Counted from the first letter of the whole stretch, positions 1 through 14,759 are shown. The stretch: DNA of 62,992 nucleotides, filler included, from Jimgerdemannia flammicorona (GCA_003990765.1; 2 parts of 2 records of this genome joined end to end with filler, not necessarily neighbours in it); one strand, 5' to 3'. The notes: generated from the letters alone by a model not told the origin. Made by a program: numbers and translations.

Positions 1-215
1 AGGACTATAAGACCTTGGGAAGGCACTCCAATAAGAACTTGCTTATAACAAACTTGAGTTAGTCTAAGAGATATACCTTAAAGAGAATCTGGTATATTTG
101 AAGGACTCAGTAATCACTATGTGACAATAAATACTCCTGCAAATATTTTCCTCCACAAATACTTCTCTTCTATAAATACTTCCTTCTTCTACAAACAGTT
201 TTTCCTACTATATAT

Positions 216-1950
216 TGTGATAAGCAGCAGAATTGGACTGCCAAAATTATAAATTAGCTATATACTATATCTAATATACTAAGCAACTAAGACTGCTTTA
301 CTATACCAATATTAATAATTAGCCAGAGATATCAGAAACAGTATATTTATCTATACTGGTCCTATATACTGTATCAAGTGGATATATTGTACCATTCAGG
401 TATACCTACTATAGATAGCAATCTATAATTAGTAATGTAGTAATCAGATAGTAACTATAACTATATAAAATACCCCAGAGACAAGAGTGAATAAACTTCA
501 GTTTAAAATTGAATCTAATGCAACAGTTTCCCTTTTCACTCTAGTCCTCTTTTCAATACAAAGCCTTGGTTCACTTGCTAGATAAGCCTGAAGAATTTGA
601 GTAAATCTGCTACTTAAGAAAGAGCTACCATTTTCAAGAAATTTGCCATCTTACCATAAAGCCAGTCTTCTGATGCAACTTTGCAGTAGAGCCAGTCATC
701 TGACACAACTCCATACAAATGAAGCCAGTCTTGATATAACTTTACTAAGAAAGTATTTTCTAAAGAAGTTTACTAATTCAGAAAGAATCTATATTATCTA
801 CCATTTTTGAGTTATTTGTCATCATTCTCAGAGAGCCCAATCCTTATCACCAAGCCAGTCTATCTGATATAACTCTGCACAAATAATACTAGTCTTTGAT
901 GTAACTTATCAGGAATCTGCAATTCATGATATCTAAGTTATCTGAGTTATTAAATTATCTATCATCTAAATTATCTATATCTTCTGAGTTATTGAATTAT
1001 CTGTCACCCAAGTTATCTAAGTTATCTAAGCTATCTGATATTCCCAAAGAAACCCACCAATTCAGGAGAATCTGTACCAAATTAAATTCTCTACCAAATA
1101 TAGAATATCATCAAGATTATCACACAGAAATTACATAAGGAACCTACTATACTATACAGAGATTGTCATGCAGAAATTGCCTACATAAGGAATACCCATG
1201 CCAGACAAAATTGCTGCTACACCTAGTGCTCCCAGTGAGTCAATCCAGATGGGATTTGAATCCCATCTGGATGGATTCAAATCAACTATTGTTTGATTTC
1301 CAAATTAGACAATTAAATGTTTATATCAATAACTTGATGAATAATCATCTACATTTGATGATCTTAGTGTCATTTGAAAGCCCTTAATAAGGTCTTTCTA
1401 ATGATACCAAGAAAATTAAAATTGGATTACACGTTACCGAGATATGTATTAAGGAAAATGTTCTATTTGGCAAAATTTCCAAAATCAGCAAATCAAATAA
1501 TTTACAAAATTGGTAATTCAGACATTTCCCTTCATAACTCAGCAATGCATGATCTGATTTAAATGTTCTTAGTATTATTAGATAGGCTTTATTAAGGGCA
1601 TTCAAATGATACTAAGATCATTAAATTTAGATAATTATTTATTAAGTTATTGATATAAACATTTAATTGTCTAATTTGAAAATCAAAACAATGGTTGATT
1701 CAATCCAAGTCAATCTGGATCCAATCTAGATTAAATTGACTCATTAGGAGCACTAGCTATACTCAAGAATCTATATCAATAAAGAAATCACTTGCAGATA
1801 TTCAGCTTTGATTATTATATTACTAAATACCAAGGATCTCAGGAATCTTAGAACATTTTATTGCTTTTTGACAAAATAACTGATAGCTCAAGCCAAACTA
1901 CACCAACCCCCAACTCTGTAATTTTCCTCTATTGAGCTGGGCATATTATA
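216..1950 (+). repeat. 5' LTR of Gypsy A copy 1 (interrupted by MITE 1224-1755)
   Basis: TG start; end ...GCATATTATA (decayed TTACA). Matches 9609-10929+16757-16791 once the MITE is removed. TATA-like TATATAAAA ~462, AATAAA ~490, 9-mer TTATCTRAG repeats ~930-1040. Confidence 0.9.
1224..1755. mobile_element. Non-autonomous hAT MITE with long internal inverted arms (foldback)
   Basis: Ends TAGTGCTCC...GGAGCACTA; 8-bp flanks GCTACACC/GCTATACT (2 C>T changes); absent from the 3' LTR; arms ~1279-1465 and ~1520-1700 are imperfect reverse complements. Confidence 0.9.
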
Positions 1951-1970
1951 TTTGGAAGCTTAACTGGGAA
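1951..1970 (+). promoter_or_regulatory. Primer-binding site (decayed tRNA-Pro type)
   Basis: TTTGGAAGCTTAACTGGGAA directly after the LTR; better-preserved copies read TTTGGGGGCTCAACTAGGAA (45301-45320 -) and TTTGGGGGCTTAACTGGGAA (27650-27669 -). Confidence 0.7.
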
Positions 1971-2099
1971 TATCTCAAATTGATGTGACTTTTCAGCTTA
2001 TAAGAACCCACAGTCAAACTGAATACATTTGATACAATACTAATCTCTGCTACTATGGAAGAATCAGTCATTACCAGTATTTGGACAGAAAGAGAAGTA

Positions 2100-5000
2100 A
2101 TCATCTCAAGACTTATCAACTATCTAGCTTCAGAAGGATTCCAACAAGAAGCCAGCATAGGTCTGATTTGAAACCTATTTTTAGAAATATAATAACTTGA
2201 TGAATATATGTCCAAATTCAATGATCATTAGCTTGTTAGATTCCCCTATATAATAGGAATATAACAAGCTAAAGATCATTGAATTTAGATATATATTCGT
2301 CGAGTTATTTAATTTCTAAAAATAGAGTTTGAATCAGACCATAGCACAGAATCCTCAGTCAGTACCAATAGATCTATTATCAGATCAATTAGATTATAGA
2401 TAGCCCTGTCAGAGTCTTTGATGAGCTTGTATAATAACTTAAAGATCTCATTGAATAAGCTCAATTCTCTGTAGGAGACCTACTAATTTCATTTATTAAA
2501 CCTCTATTACTAGTTGTGATAGGATAAGAAGACCAAGGAGTAGCTCTTTTAAGAATACCCAGACCTATTTCACCCTATCTAAGATCTCCAACACCATTCT
2601 CAGGATATCCAAGTGTCCTGAACTCTAGCAATAACTCAGAGAGTAAATCAGAATCAGTACTAGAATTAGAATTAGAATTAGAATCAGAATCAGTACCAGG
2701 ATCAGAACCAGAACCAGAATCAGAAGATAGTGATGATGAAATGGCCACCCTATTGCAGGATATCCCAAAGAAGACTCAAGAGAATTCCTTGATAGAATAG
2801 AAGAAATCACAGCTCTGAAGAACTTTACTCCTGAAAGGAAAATTGTTATCTACAAGGTCCAACTCAGAGAACCAACTAAAGAAATTTTTACCTGAGCAAG
2901 AAATGACCTAAACTCAGACCTTGGAGCAGCCATCAATGTAGCACCAACTTGACTAGTAAAGTATGAAGCCATGATTCATTGGCTCATTGAGAAGTATACA
3001 GGAAATGAGACCAGCTACAAGGCTTAAGAATCTATTATAGGAATGAAGATAAATCTTAGAGAATCACTCAGAGTATTCTTCACAAGAATTCAGAAGAGAA
3101 TACATACAGTCAAGTTCAATACCACCAACCAAGACATCATAGGTCTAATGACTTTTATAAATGAAATTCCCCTGAATATTACTCAGCATGTCTGCACCCT
3201 AGACATTAGAAGGTCTGAAGAGTAAGTAGATATAGTCTAAGGATTTTTTGATATCAGATAAGGAACTATCTAGAGTGAGTATAATAAGAAGGATAACAAA
3301 GAAGACATCTTGATCAAAGCCTTATAAGGACTCCTCCAAGGACAGGAAAGATCTAAAGAAAGAAAGCCAGCCAAAGAATAGAAGAAGAATAAGAGCAAAA
3401 TTCAAGACCTTAGTTCCAAGTTGGACTGATTGATGGGACAGATTGAAAAACTCACTATATATGAAAATTGGAACTAACAAGACAACAGAGGGTATACACT
3501 ACAAAGGAACCAAGGTTATCTACCCAGAGATAATAGGAGCTACTAGCAAGAAGAAAGAAGATACTCTGTCTGAGACAGAGCCCAAGTCTAGTACTTCTAC
3601 TGTGGACAATTCAGACACTATGCCACTTGATGTGATAACAAAAGAAGTGACTAAAGGGACTCAGAACTACCAAACTGAAGGAATAAAACTCAGTACAAAA
3701 AGACTGAAGCCCATTCTATTGAAGACTTTGAAGAAGAAAGCAACAGTGAAGACAACAGTAATCTGGACTTATATTTGGCCAAAGTCATCACAAGAAAGAC
3801 AGTCTATCTAGCAGAGAAAAGGAAGAGACCTGTAGGAAGACCATCCAGAAATATCAGCAGAAGAATTCAAGAAGAAGACAAAGAACATAAAGAGGAGCAA
3901 GTAGAAACACCTCTATAGTCTCCTTTATATTTTATCTCTGAAACAAATAAGCTACCCCCAGAGGATGAAGAAATGGAGCAAAAAGAACAGAAACCTGCTG
4001 TTCCAAAATCCAAGAAGAAGTATATTCTGAAGACTATGTCCAGAGACATCTATAATGAAACCTGGCAAAAGATTCAAGAATCTAAGATAGAAGTTTCTCT
4101 CCTGCAGTTCTTACAACTGATACCAGCTAGAGTCCAAAACAAATTGCTGAGGACCACCAGATCTAGTACTGGCTGGGTCTCAATTCTACTACAAGAACCA
4201 GCTCTCATCCCTATCTAAGCTACAGAGAGATATGTCAGTACCTAACTAAATAGAGATATTGGAGGACAAAAGGCAAAAATTCTCATAGATACAAGAGTAG
4301 CTATCTATATCATTGCCAAACAATTCCTGGATACCCTCCAATGGCCCATTAATGGACCATCTAACCTCAGTATCATAGTAGCAGATAGAGTCCAAACTCA
4401 ACCTCTTGGAGAAGTACAAAACATCACCATCTCTCTTGAACACATTCAGTTCTCTATCTCAAAAGCTATTGTCACTAAATCTATTATCTATGATATAATT
4501 CTTGGCACCAACTGAATGAAGGAAATTAATGCAGTTGTTGATATCAGTTAATAAGTACTCAAGTTTGACTACTGAGGTAAGAAGTACATAGTTAAGATAA
4601 CTAGCTATGAGCAATTGAAGAGAAGAGAAAGAAGAATCCAAAGATAGAAATGATCCCAGACTCAATCTCTAAATCAATCTAGTGGATGATAGGTCAGAAG
4701 ATAATATATAGATCAGGAACACCATCCCTATTACAATTGGAGCAATTGCAGGAGAGATCAAAAGATGCTTTATCTATCTCAAAAGACACAAGTGTCCCAA
4801 GCACTCTTCTAAGATCATTGGAACAAGGAAATCACCTGGTACAGCCTACTATGAGTGTAGAAAAAGAAAGAAGAAATACAGACATATTCCAGAAACACCT
4901 GCAGCTGAAGCTGCAGAAGTACAAGCAATCTGGGGTCAAGAATCATCTAAGAAAGAAGAAATCCCTAAACAGGAGGTTTCTGAACAAAAAGTATCTGAAG

Positions 5001-8000
5001 AAGAAGAGATTTCTGAACTCATTCCCTGAAATAATTGTTGCTAGACACTACCTGAAGATAGTGACCTCTGGAATATTGAAGAAGGATCCAGTATAATCCC
5101 CATTATTCCAAAGAAAGAAATATACCAAGGAAGAGATTTTGGCTAAGAAGATGTCTATACCAAATGGTCTTTTACTCTCTCCAAGACTACTGCTATCAGT
5201 GCTATCTACTAGACTAACAAGAAAGACAGAGACCCTGAAGATTAGAACTCCCAACCATAGTTATACAGTCAACTATATTCCAAGAAGTTACCATAAGATT
5301 ATAAAGTCAATTCAGAGGACAAGGTCTCTTTACCTGAACAGAAGTATATCTCTTGGCCATCCTTCTCCCAACTTATAATCAAGATGGATACCAATTCTCA
5401 AGATAATAGAAGATCAATAATCAGGAATAGTATTTTCAGGCAATGAGATATTACAATTATAGAAGACACTCAGACTGCTAAGATTGCAGACACCAGAAGA
5501 TTTACCTCAGTCAGGATATTGCAATCCACATATTGAAGAGAGGAGATAACAGAGGTCAGATCCAAAAAAGTCAAGCCAAGAAACCAGAAAGAAGGACTCT
5601 TAAGATCTATGATTTAGGAGAAGATATCCTAGCTCTCATCAGATATACAACCTACTGAGGATAGGTAGAAGATGCCACTAATTTCATAGAAGCCCTAGAC
5701 CCTATAGGAAAGAGAGAAATCAATTATCTCTAAGATCTCTCTACTGGAGCCAGATGGCTGCACCTCAATCTTAGAGTCTGGAGGCTCTCTGCTAGTAGAG
5801 CTTTAGTCCAAGAACAGCTCAAACTTAGCAAAAATATTGCCCAGTATATTCTGCTATATCCCAAGGCCAAACCCTGGACCAAAGCTCATCAAGAAGATAT
5901 AGAATATGATCTTTACAGTCTGGAGAATGAACTTATCAAGTCTGAGAGAATATTGATATTCAGAACTAGACTAGCCATATAGCCACCCCAAGGAACTTAC
6001 ATCTAACTGACCTCAAGATCTGGACTTACCAGACAGGGAATAACTATAGAAGAAGGAATCATAGACCTAGGATATACAGGCAAAATCCAAATCATTCTAG
6101 TATAAAATAACACTGAATTATTAGAAGATAGAGAATTACTTAAGCAGTTTTCATGAAAGTCAAGACCCTCCAATTTTAAAAAGTCTCTAAATTGACCAAA
6201 GAAATAAGGCAAGCTGAAAGATTTAGAAGCTTAGATAAGAAGAAAGTACATCTCCTTCAGGTCAACTATCTTAAGATGAATATCCCTTAGCAAGTATATC
6301 ACCAACTAGTCAAACTGTACAAAAATCTCATCCTGGAGCCTAGAGAGCAAACAACCTTCAAAATCTTTGTACCACCCAACCCAAGAAACCTCTTCTTTGA
6401 ACTCAATAAAGATATCCTGAAACTGAACATTGAAGGATACACATTCTCTGACAAGATGAATCCAATGTACTCCTGAGCAACTAACCAGAGTTGGGAAAGT
6501 ATCATCCTGTCAAAAAGAACTATCATTGGACATCTAGTGTCCTTTTTCAATCAAACTCACAGAGAAGTTTATGAGCTAATCTTATCAGGAAATAGCAAAA
6601 GGTTCTAGAAGAAAGGAAAGGCCCCTCTGTGACCCAAGAGACAGTAATATCTTCTATCAATATTGAAGAAGAACTGATACCTTAGCAATGGCAATAACTA
6701 GTAGAACTCCTCAATAAATATCAAGATATCTTTACTACTGATTATGGCAATCTGCTATATAACCCATTATACTACTATAGTATAAATATAGGAAATGTAA
6801 CACCTATCTGACAGAAACCCTATAGAATACTCCATTATTTAAAGATATTTGAAAAGGGACACATTTAAGAACTCTTAGATAATGGAGTCATCTGACCCTC
6901 TATCAGCCCTTGAGCCAGTCCAATACTTATCATACCAAAGAAAGGAGGATGGAGACTCTGTATAGACTATAGAAAACTTAATTCAGTCACTGAAAAGGAT
7001 ATCTATTCTTTGCTCAGAATTGATAATCTCTTGAACCAGTTATAAGATATCAGATACTTCAGCAGTATGGACCTTTTTACAAGATTCTATGAGATCTTTA
7101 TAAACCCTAAAGACATTCAGAAGATAGCCTTTCAAAACTGTTTAAATACCTCTGAATGCCCTTTGAACTTTGCAATATATCTTCCACCTTTCAGAGAATG
7201 ATAAATTCAGTCTACACTCCTCTAATTCACTACTATCTGATTGTATATATAGATGATTCCAACATCTATTCAGTAAATTTTGAGGAATACCTACACTACT
7301 TAGAAGAATTCTTCAAGCTTACCTATAAGAACCACTTGAGACTCAATACTAAGAAATACTACTTTGGGAAACAGAAACTTAAATTTCTTGGATTCATAGT
7401 TTTGAAAGAAAGAACCCATACAGATCCAAAGAAAACCAAAAAGATCAACAATTGGCCAGTACCCAAGACTCCAAAGGAAATACTATCATTCCTGATGCTA
7501 GTATCCTATTACAGAAGATTTATCAAGAACTTTGTCCAAATCACTGCTCTAATCTAAATTCTTCTCAAGAAAGAAGTACCTTATAAATAGATAGAATCAC
7601 AAGAGAAAGTCTTTAAAGAACTCAAGCACTATATGACTACAGCACCAATCCTTATTTGGCCCAACCTACAGAAGCCATTTATCTTGTATATGGATGCCTC
7701 TAAAGAGCAGTTCTAGTTCAAGAAGAACCTGATCAATAATACCATGTGATAGCTTATATAAGCCAAGCTACCAATTAGCAGCAGACAAACTATAGTAGCA
7801 CCAAATTGAAATATATTAGAAAAAGATTCACTTTGATAACAGATTATATAGCTCTCAAATGACCATTCAATTACAAGAAATCTACCAGAATCCTAGCCCA
7901 CTAGATCCTTATTCTCTAGGATTACAAAATCATCATTATCCACAAAGTAGAGAAAGCTCACAATAATGTTGATATACTTTTCTGCCAAACCCAATAAACC

Positions 8001-9060
8001 AGAAGAAAGATGTATCAAGGAACTATACTCTAAAGAAAGCTCCCCTAACCATTGAAGCATAAGAAGATCTTATCTAAAAAGAATACCAGAAAGCCCACCA
8101 AGAATAGGTGAATATAGAAGAAAAGCTATAAACAACATATCAACATTGGCTCAACCTCAGAACACAAGTTCAGAATATACTTAAGAAATGTAACACCTGC
8201 CAGAAGTACTAAGGAAAGAAGAACCATCAAGCACTACTGCAACCAATCATACCACCAGACAACATCTTTCAGAAATAGAAAGTAGATGTAATTGGACCTC
8301 TACTAGTTACACTAAGAGGAACAAATACATTCTTATATTTATAGAATATCTGACCAAGTGGCCCAAAGCTTTTCCAATGAAAATTGCAGATGTCATGACT
8401 ATTGTAGTCCTCATTCATAGACTCACACTCAGATATAGACCTTTAGAAGAACTCATCTCTGTTCAAGATACAGAATTCATCAATAATATAATTATATGTT
8501 ATACCCAAATTCACAAGATCTACCTCAAATGGACTATATCATACTATCTTCAGACCAATAGTATGATAGAACAAATGAACTAGACTATCAAGAAAGGACT
8601 TACTCAAGTCAATTCTATCAACTAAGACCTCTGCTTACCTGAGATCTTATGGGAAATTTGGAATACCCCTACTGTCTCAACTAAACAAAAGCTCTTTGAG
8701 ATGATGTTTGCCAAGAAAACCAGAACTGCTGACTATGAGAATCTCAGAAACTGCCTTAAGAAGACAGAAAAGTTATATAATCAAGCATAAGTTCAGATTA
8801 TTAATGCCCAAGAGAGATAAAAGAAGTACTATAGCCAGAAGTAGAAGAATTAGAAGATTAAGATTGGAGATCAAGTACTAGTTTGGAGAAGTATAATTGA
8901 AACAAACTTTGCTACCAAACTGGAGCCCAAATGGAAAGGATCTTATCTTTTTTATAATATCAGAGAAATCAGCATCTATTTAAGAAGTATGGATGGATGA
9001 ATTCTGAGAACACCAGTATATATTAACTACCTCAAGGTATATCTCTCTCCTTACTATGAA
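2100..9060 (+). pseudogene. gag-pol of Gypsy A copy 1 (gag, aspartic protease ~4250-4600, dUTPase ~5840-6150, RT ~6800-7560, RNase H, integrase ~8050-9050)
   Basis: Motifs LIDT(R)VA, YDLYS..TSRSGL..IDLGYTG, MPFELCN..FQRMIN..IVYIDD, YMDAS, QTNSMIEQMN, KWKGSY; many stops and frameshifts. Confidence 0.9.
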
Positions 9061-9129
9061 CCAGACAATTGACCAGTATCTCCAGACCCTTATCCTGAGA
9101 TCATTCTAGTCACTTCCAGTTCCCCTCTC

Positions 9130-9570
9130 ATAATTCTGCCAAGCTAATGGAAACCCTCTTCAGCAAATTCAAACCTATTAGGAGAATCTCATCTTGGTTA
9201 GACATTTACTACAAGTCTACCAACTATAGGCCTATTATATAATTAGATAACAGTTGCAGAACCTTCTAGCTGCAGACCTAATCTATATCAGGAACTCCAT
9301 TGGCCTGATATGAAAAAACACTACTGCTGTAGACAGATTATATACAATCTATAAACAAAACATCCCAATACTGATATAGGCACAATTCTCTCTGAATGAC
9401 ATATAAAACATAAGTCCTACTACCTACTGAAGTATTATCAACTATATTGAGATCTTGTTCTCAGAGGAAGAAGAAGAACTCCTTAAATAGAGTGACTCTG
9501 ATCTGAATGAAGATATTGGTTTAGATATTGATACTGAAGATACTTATGTACATTTAAATGATGACTAAAG
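9130..9570 (+). pseudogene. Accessory ORF3 remnant of Gypsy A between integrase and PPT
   Basis: Decayed translation ending IEILFSEEEEELL..SDSDLNEDIGLDIDTEDTYVHLNDD, homologous to 37808-38250 and 31000-31416. Confidence 0.6.
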
Positions 9571-9608
9571 AATAGTCTGAGAATAGACTATCCTTTAGTA
9601 GGGGCTGA

Positions 9609-10925
9609 TATAATAAGCAGCAGAATTAGACTGCCAAAATTATAAATTAGCCATATACTATATCTAGTATACTAAGCAACTTACTATATCAATCTGTATA
9701 ATTAGTCAGAGACACTAGAAACAATATATTTACCTGTACCAGTTCAGTACACTATACTGAGTGGGTATACTATACTAAGTGGATATACTGTACTATTCAG
9801 ATATATCTACTATTGATAGCAATCTATAATTAGTAATATAGTAATCAGATAGCAATCACAACTATATAAAATACTCCAGAGACAAGAGTGAATAAACCTC
9901 AGTCTGAAATTAAATCTAAAGCAACAGCTTCCCTTTCCACTCTAGTCTCCTTTCCAATACAAAGTCTTGGTTTGCTTGTCAGATAAGCCTGAAGAATTTG
10001 AGTAAATCTGCCACTCAAGGAAGAGCTACCATTTTCAAGAAGTTTACCATCTTGCTATAAAGCCAGTCTTCTGATATAACTTCATAGTAGAGTCAGTCAT
10101 CTGATATAACTCTATACAAATAAAGCCAGTCTTGATGTAACTTTGTTAAGAAAGTATTTTCTAAAGAAGTTTGCTAATTTAGGAAGAATCCATATCATCT
10201 GCCATTTTTGAGTTATTTGCTATTATTCCCAGAGAGCTCAATCCTTATCACCAAGCCAGTCTATCTGATGCAACTTTATAGTAGAGCCAGTCCATCCAAT
10301 ATAACCCTATACAAACAAAGTCAGTCCTTAATATAACTTACTAAGAATTCACAATCTATAATATTCAAGTTATCTGAGTTATTAAATTATCTGTCATCTG
10401 AATTATTTATATCTTCTGAGTTATTGAATTGTCTACTACCTGAGTTATCTAAGTTATTGAATTATCCATCACTTGAATTATCTATATCTTCTGAGTTATT
10501 GAATTGTCTACTATCTGAGTTATCTGAGTTATCTAAGCTATCTGATATTCTCAGAGAAACTCACCAATTCAGAAAAATCTGTGCCAAATTGAGTTCTTTA
10601 CTAAATATAGAATGCTATCAAGATTATTACACAGAAATCACATAAGGAATCTACTATGCTATACAGAGATTGTCATACAGAAATCACATAAGGAACCCAT
10701 TACACTATATAAGAGATTATCATGTAGAAATTATCTATATAAGAAATACCTGCACTACACAAAATTGCCATATACCCAAGAATCTATCTCAATAAGAAAA
10801 TTGCTCACAGATATCCAGCTTTGACTATTAAAGGACCTCAGAAATCTTAGAATATTTTGTTGCTTTTTAATAAAGTAACTAGGGGCTCAAGTCAAACTAC
10901 ACCAACCCCCAACCTTATAATTTAT

Positions 10926-10929
<4 letters not shown>
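9609..10929 (+). repeat. 3' LTR of Gypsy A copy 1 (completed by 16757-16791 after the LINE)
   Basis: Matches the 5' LTR; preceded by PPT; the last ~35 nt lie beyond the LINE insertion. Confidence 0.9.
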
Positions 10930-10995
<66 letters not shown>

Positions 10996-11060
10996 GTCTC
11001 TTGGACTGCCCTTTATTACTGCTGTCTATAATTCTAACAATACAATGTCACCCCAAACCC

Positions 11061-14000
11061 TCAACCAATGCCCTGTGGACCCAACCCTCTCCCCTTGACC
11101 TCCCTCTGCCCAAGCACAACCCAACCACCCACTACCCGAATCCTCTCACCACTCTTCCGGGAGATACACTGTACCAAACCCCTGTGATTCCCCCCACCTG
11201 GCCCCCACCCTTGCCACCAGTTATTCAAAATGTCCAATAATAACCATTCCCAATGTACCACCTTGTCCCCAACCCCAACCCCCCATCTCTCCTCAAATAC
11301 ATGAACCCAATGCCCAGCCAACCCAACCCATATGGCCAGAGCCCAACCAAGGGTCAGCCATTCATCCCCAACCCCACCCACCAGTCTCTGGCAGAGCTCT
11401 CCCCATCTCCCCCCTTCCCCTCCCTCCAAGGCACACAGCCCTAACCAGTCCATGATATATCTCCAAAACTCCTCCAAAACCTTGCACTCACTAAGCCAAT
11501 GTTCAGGCATTTGTACCACTCCTCCCTCCTGACCAACGTTGAAACATTCCTCACACTCGAATACACCATCATCCACTAAGTGCCCAGACCAATAGTTCAA
11601 CATTACATTCCGCCATAGGACTTACCACCATACCACCCAGAACTTGGGGGGCAGTCACTGCCTCACCCATTTGCTCCAAAGCCAGAGTCTATTCCAATCC
11701 CACTCCTCACCAATTCCAACTCTCTGCCAGACTTTGGGCCACAGGTCTCTACCCAAGCTCTGCAGACACTCCATACCCTTGCTAAGCTAAAAATCCTCCA
11801 CTGGAACACCACCCAGTAGAAGCCTGTCCCACTGCCACATCTGTAGTCCCCAATTCTCCTTGGCTTCATCACCTTGCCACTGAAGTCCAATTTTCTTAGC
11901 ACCATCTACCACCCCCCACCAAAAGCCCATAAACCACATCCTCCTGCTCCCATCCATGTTCACCATCACAAGCAGGTCACCAGAGTTACCATGAGGGAAA
12001 TACTGAATCTCCCACACCCTCTGTATGAGTAGCACCCACTCCCAGCCCCTTAGCTCACTCACCCTCCTCAACCACTAAGCTCTCAAGCAGTGAAGCTGCT
12101 TAGTAAAGTCAACTAAACTCAGCCCACCTCTTTCCATGGGCAGTGTGAGCACCTCCCAACCCACCTGGCTTTGCCACTCTCTCCAGATCTATGACCTCGC
12201 CATCTTCAACAGCCCCCTGACCACCCAAGTTGGGAAATCCAAATAATACCCCATATACTACAGCTTTAGCATCCAATACACATTCAGCACCATCACCCTT
12301 CCAGCTAGGGATATATGCTGATCTCCCCATCACAGCAGAACATTTCCCCACTCCAGAAGTTGTCAGTTCTACCATGCATGGGGAAAAAGAGATCCGAACA
12401 CTGAGAAGTAGATCCCCAAATATCATACTGGTTTGCCAGCCAGCACCACTGTCCCAATTACATCATCACCAACAATTCCAGCACCCAGCACCAGAGTCTT
12501 GCATTTGTGCCAGTTTAGTTTAGCACCAGAACCCCTCTCATATCATTCCACAGACCTCTGTAACTCCCCCACATCTATCAAGGAGCCCAGCCCAACCACC
12601 ATATCATCAGCAAAGACCCCCACCTTCCAATTAATCCCTAAAATGTCCAAACCCCCAATCTGACACCAAATCCTATCCAGTAGGGGCTCCAAGGAGAGGG
12701 CATACAATATGGGTGACAAGGGGTCTCCTTGTGGCACCTTATGCCCCAGGGGAAAGGTCACCCCCCTGTGGCTATTGATGATCAATACTGCCTGACTGTC
12801 CTCCAAGAGGCCGATTAATGATCCTCAGAACCCTGGGGGGATACCAATCCATTTCAGTACTCTCTCTAGCCAGATCCTCCACACTCTATCATAAGCCTTC
12901 TCTTGATCCAGAAATACCAACTAGCCATCTACCTCTATAGCCCAGGCATCTTCAATCACTCCATGTATCCAAGCTGTCCCATTGTGAATCAACTGGCCAC
13001 TGATAAACCCATGCTGCTCCACACTAAGCACCTACTGAGTGATTCCTTGCAGCCTCATCACCAAGATCTTTGTCACCAGTTTGCAGTCTATGTTGAGTAG
13101 CATGATCAGCTGCCAGTTCTTCCAATCTTCCTGCCTCCCCTCATTCTTATAGAGCAAGGAGACTAGCCCTAGGCACTGGCCCCCAATCCAAGTACTAGAC
13201 TGAAGAATCTCATCACATATAGTGGTCATTTCCTCTAGCACCTCACCCACCCCAGCCATCTTCTTCCAAAAATCCCAGGGAACCCCATCCTCCCCTGGAA
13301 CTGTCCCCTTACTTGTCGAGGCCACAACCTTGCAAATTTCCTCTCCACTCACTGGGTCCCCCAAAGTCCCTAGGTCTATTGCAGGGTTTGGGTGCCAATC
13401 CCCCAGCTGCCTTTCAATGTCCAAAGCATCCACTCCTCCTTCCTCCTCACTCCATAGATTCCCCCAATGGGTTCTCAGTATACCCAGAATCACCAGAGTC
13501 CCCACTACTAGCTCACCATTCGCATCCAGAACTCTCTCTCACCACTGCTTTGTTCATCGTGCTTGTAACAACTGCATCAAAAACTTAGTAGGCCTCTCCC
13601 CCTCCTCAAGTCTCTGCCACTGCAGTCAGGCCACTATCCCCTATAGCCTCACCTCCTCCTCTCTTCGTAACACTCCTTTAAGCTCCTCCACCTCCTTTCA
13701 GATTCTCACAATACACCAATCAGTCACCTCCCCATCTTCTAGCCCACCTGCCCATCTCCCCATGAGTGCCACCAGATACCACAAGGCCCACATCACCTGC
13801 CACCATTGCTGGGCACACCTTCCTTTCCCTGCTTCCCTCCAATACCCCTGAGCATTCACCTTCAGTCTCCTCTAGCAGTCTCCAATCCCCAGGCCCTGTT
13901 TCTGCCACCTTCTGATATTCCTGACAACCTCCATTTCCCAACTCTCCCACAAAGCCCTATTCTCCAACAAGGAAGAATTTAGCTGCCAATGACCAGGCCC

Positions 14001-14722
14001 ATCCTCACTTCCCCCAAACCTCCCCCCACCAAGCAGCCCCCAGTGATCAGACCACAGACACCAAACTACCTCCAGTGCCATCCAGACATCTGCTCCCCAA
14101 CACTCTGCTGTCAAACCCAGTCAATCCTAGAGCCCAGCCCTACTGCCCAATGGGTGTATACCCACTGATTGTCCCAAAACTGTCTTCCTGAGTCCACTAA
14201 AGAACTCAACCTCTCTGTCTCCAACCAGTCACCCAACCCACCACTCTCGCTCCACATGCCTCTCCCTCCATCTGTTCTATCTATCTCCTTATCCCATACT
14301 ATGTTGAAATCACCCCCCATGCAGTCCAACCCAACCTCTCCCAAGACACTGGCCTCTTTCAACCTGCAAATCCAATCCACCCTCTCCCCTCTCTCAGCTG
14401 GGCAGTAACAAGACCCAACTGTCAATGAGTTCCATCCAGGACTCTTCCACACTCCCCATACCACCTGAGACCCCCAATATCCAATGTCCCCAATGTCCCC
14501 CATCTCTTTCCAAATGAGAATACCCACTTTCCCCCTCTATACTGCCACCCCCCCCCATTCCTTAGTCCAATCCTGTAAATCCACATCTGCCTCATAATGA
14601 ACATCCTGTAACAAGAAAAGATCTGCATCCAGTCCCTTAAGCCATCCAAATATATACTTCCTCCTATCCGCCCCCCATAACCCATTTATATTCAAAGAGA
14701 ATATCCTAGTTATATTGTTCAT
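11061..14722 (-). pseudogene. LINE ORF2: AP endonuclease, reverse transcriptase, C-terminal Cys/His finger
   Basis: IFSLNINGL..LFLLQDVH, MGGDFN, SRIDW, SDH; NWQLIMLLNIDCKL, PQGDPLSPILY, FADD; CEEC..EHWLSEC. Frameshifted. Confidence 0.92.
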
Positions 14723-14759
14723 ATTGAAAGAATGTTGCAATAGAGACCCCAGCCTAGTA

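Noticed and set aside
926..1138. Leu/Ser-repeat ORFs (LSELLNYLS...) also at 10424, 36939, 45625
   Set aside because: Translations of 9-mer tandem repeats in LTRs; frames not conserved between LTR copies.
10857..11240. Poly-Phe ORF
   Set aside because: Read-through of the LINE poly(A) tail on the opposite strand.
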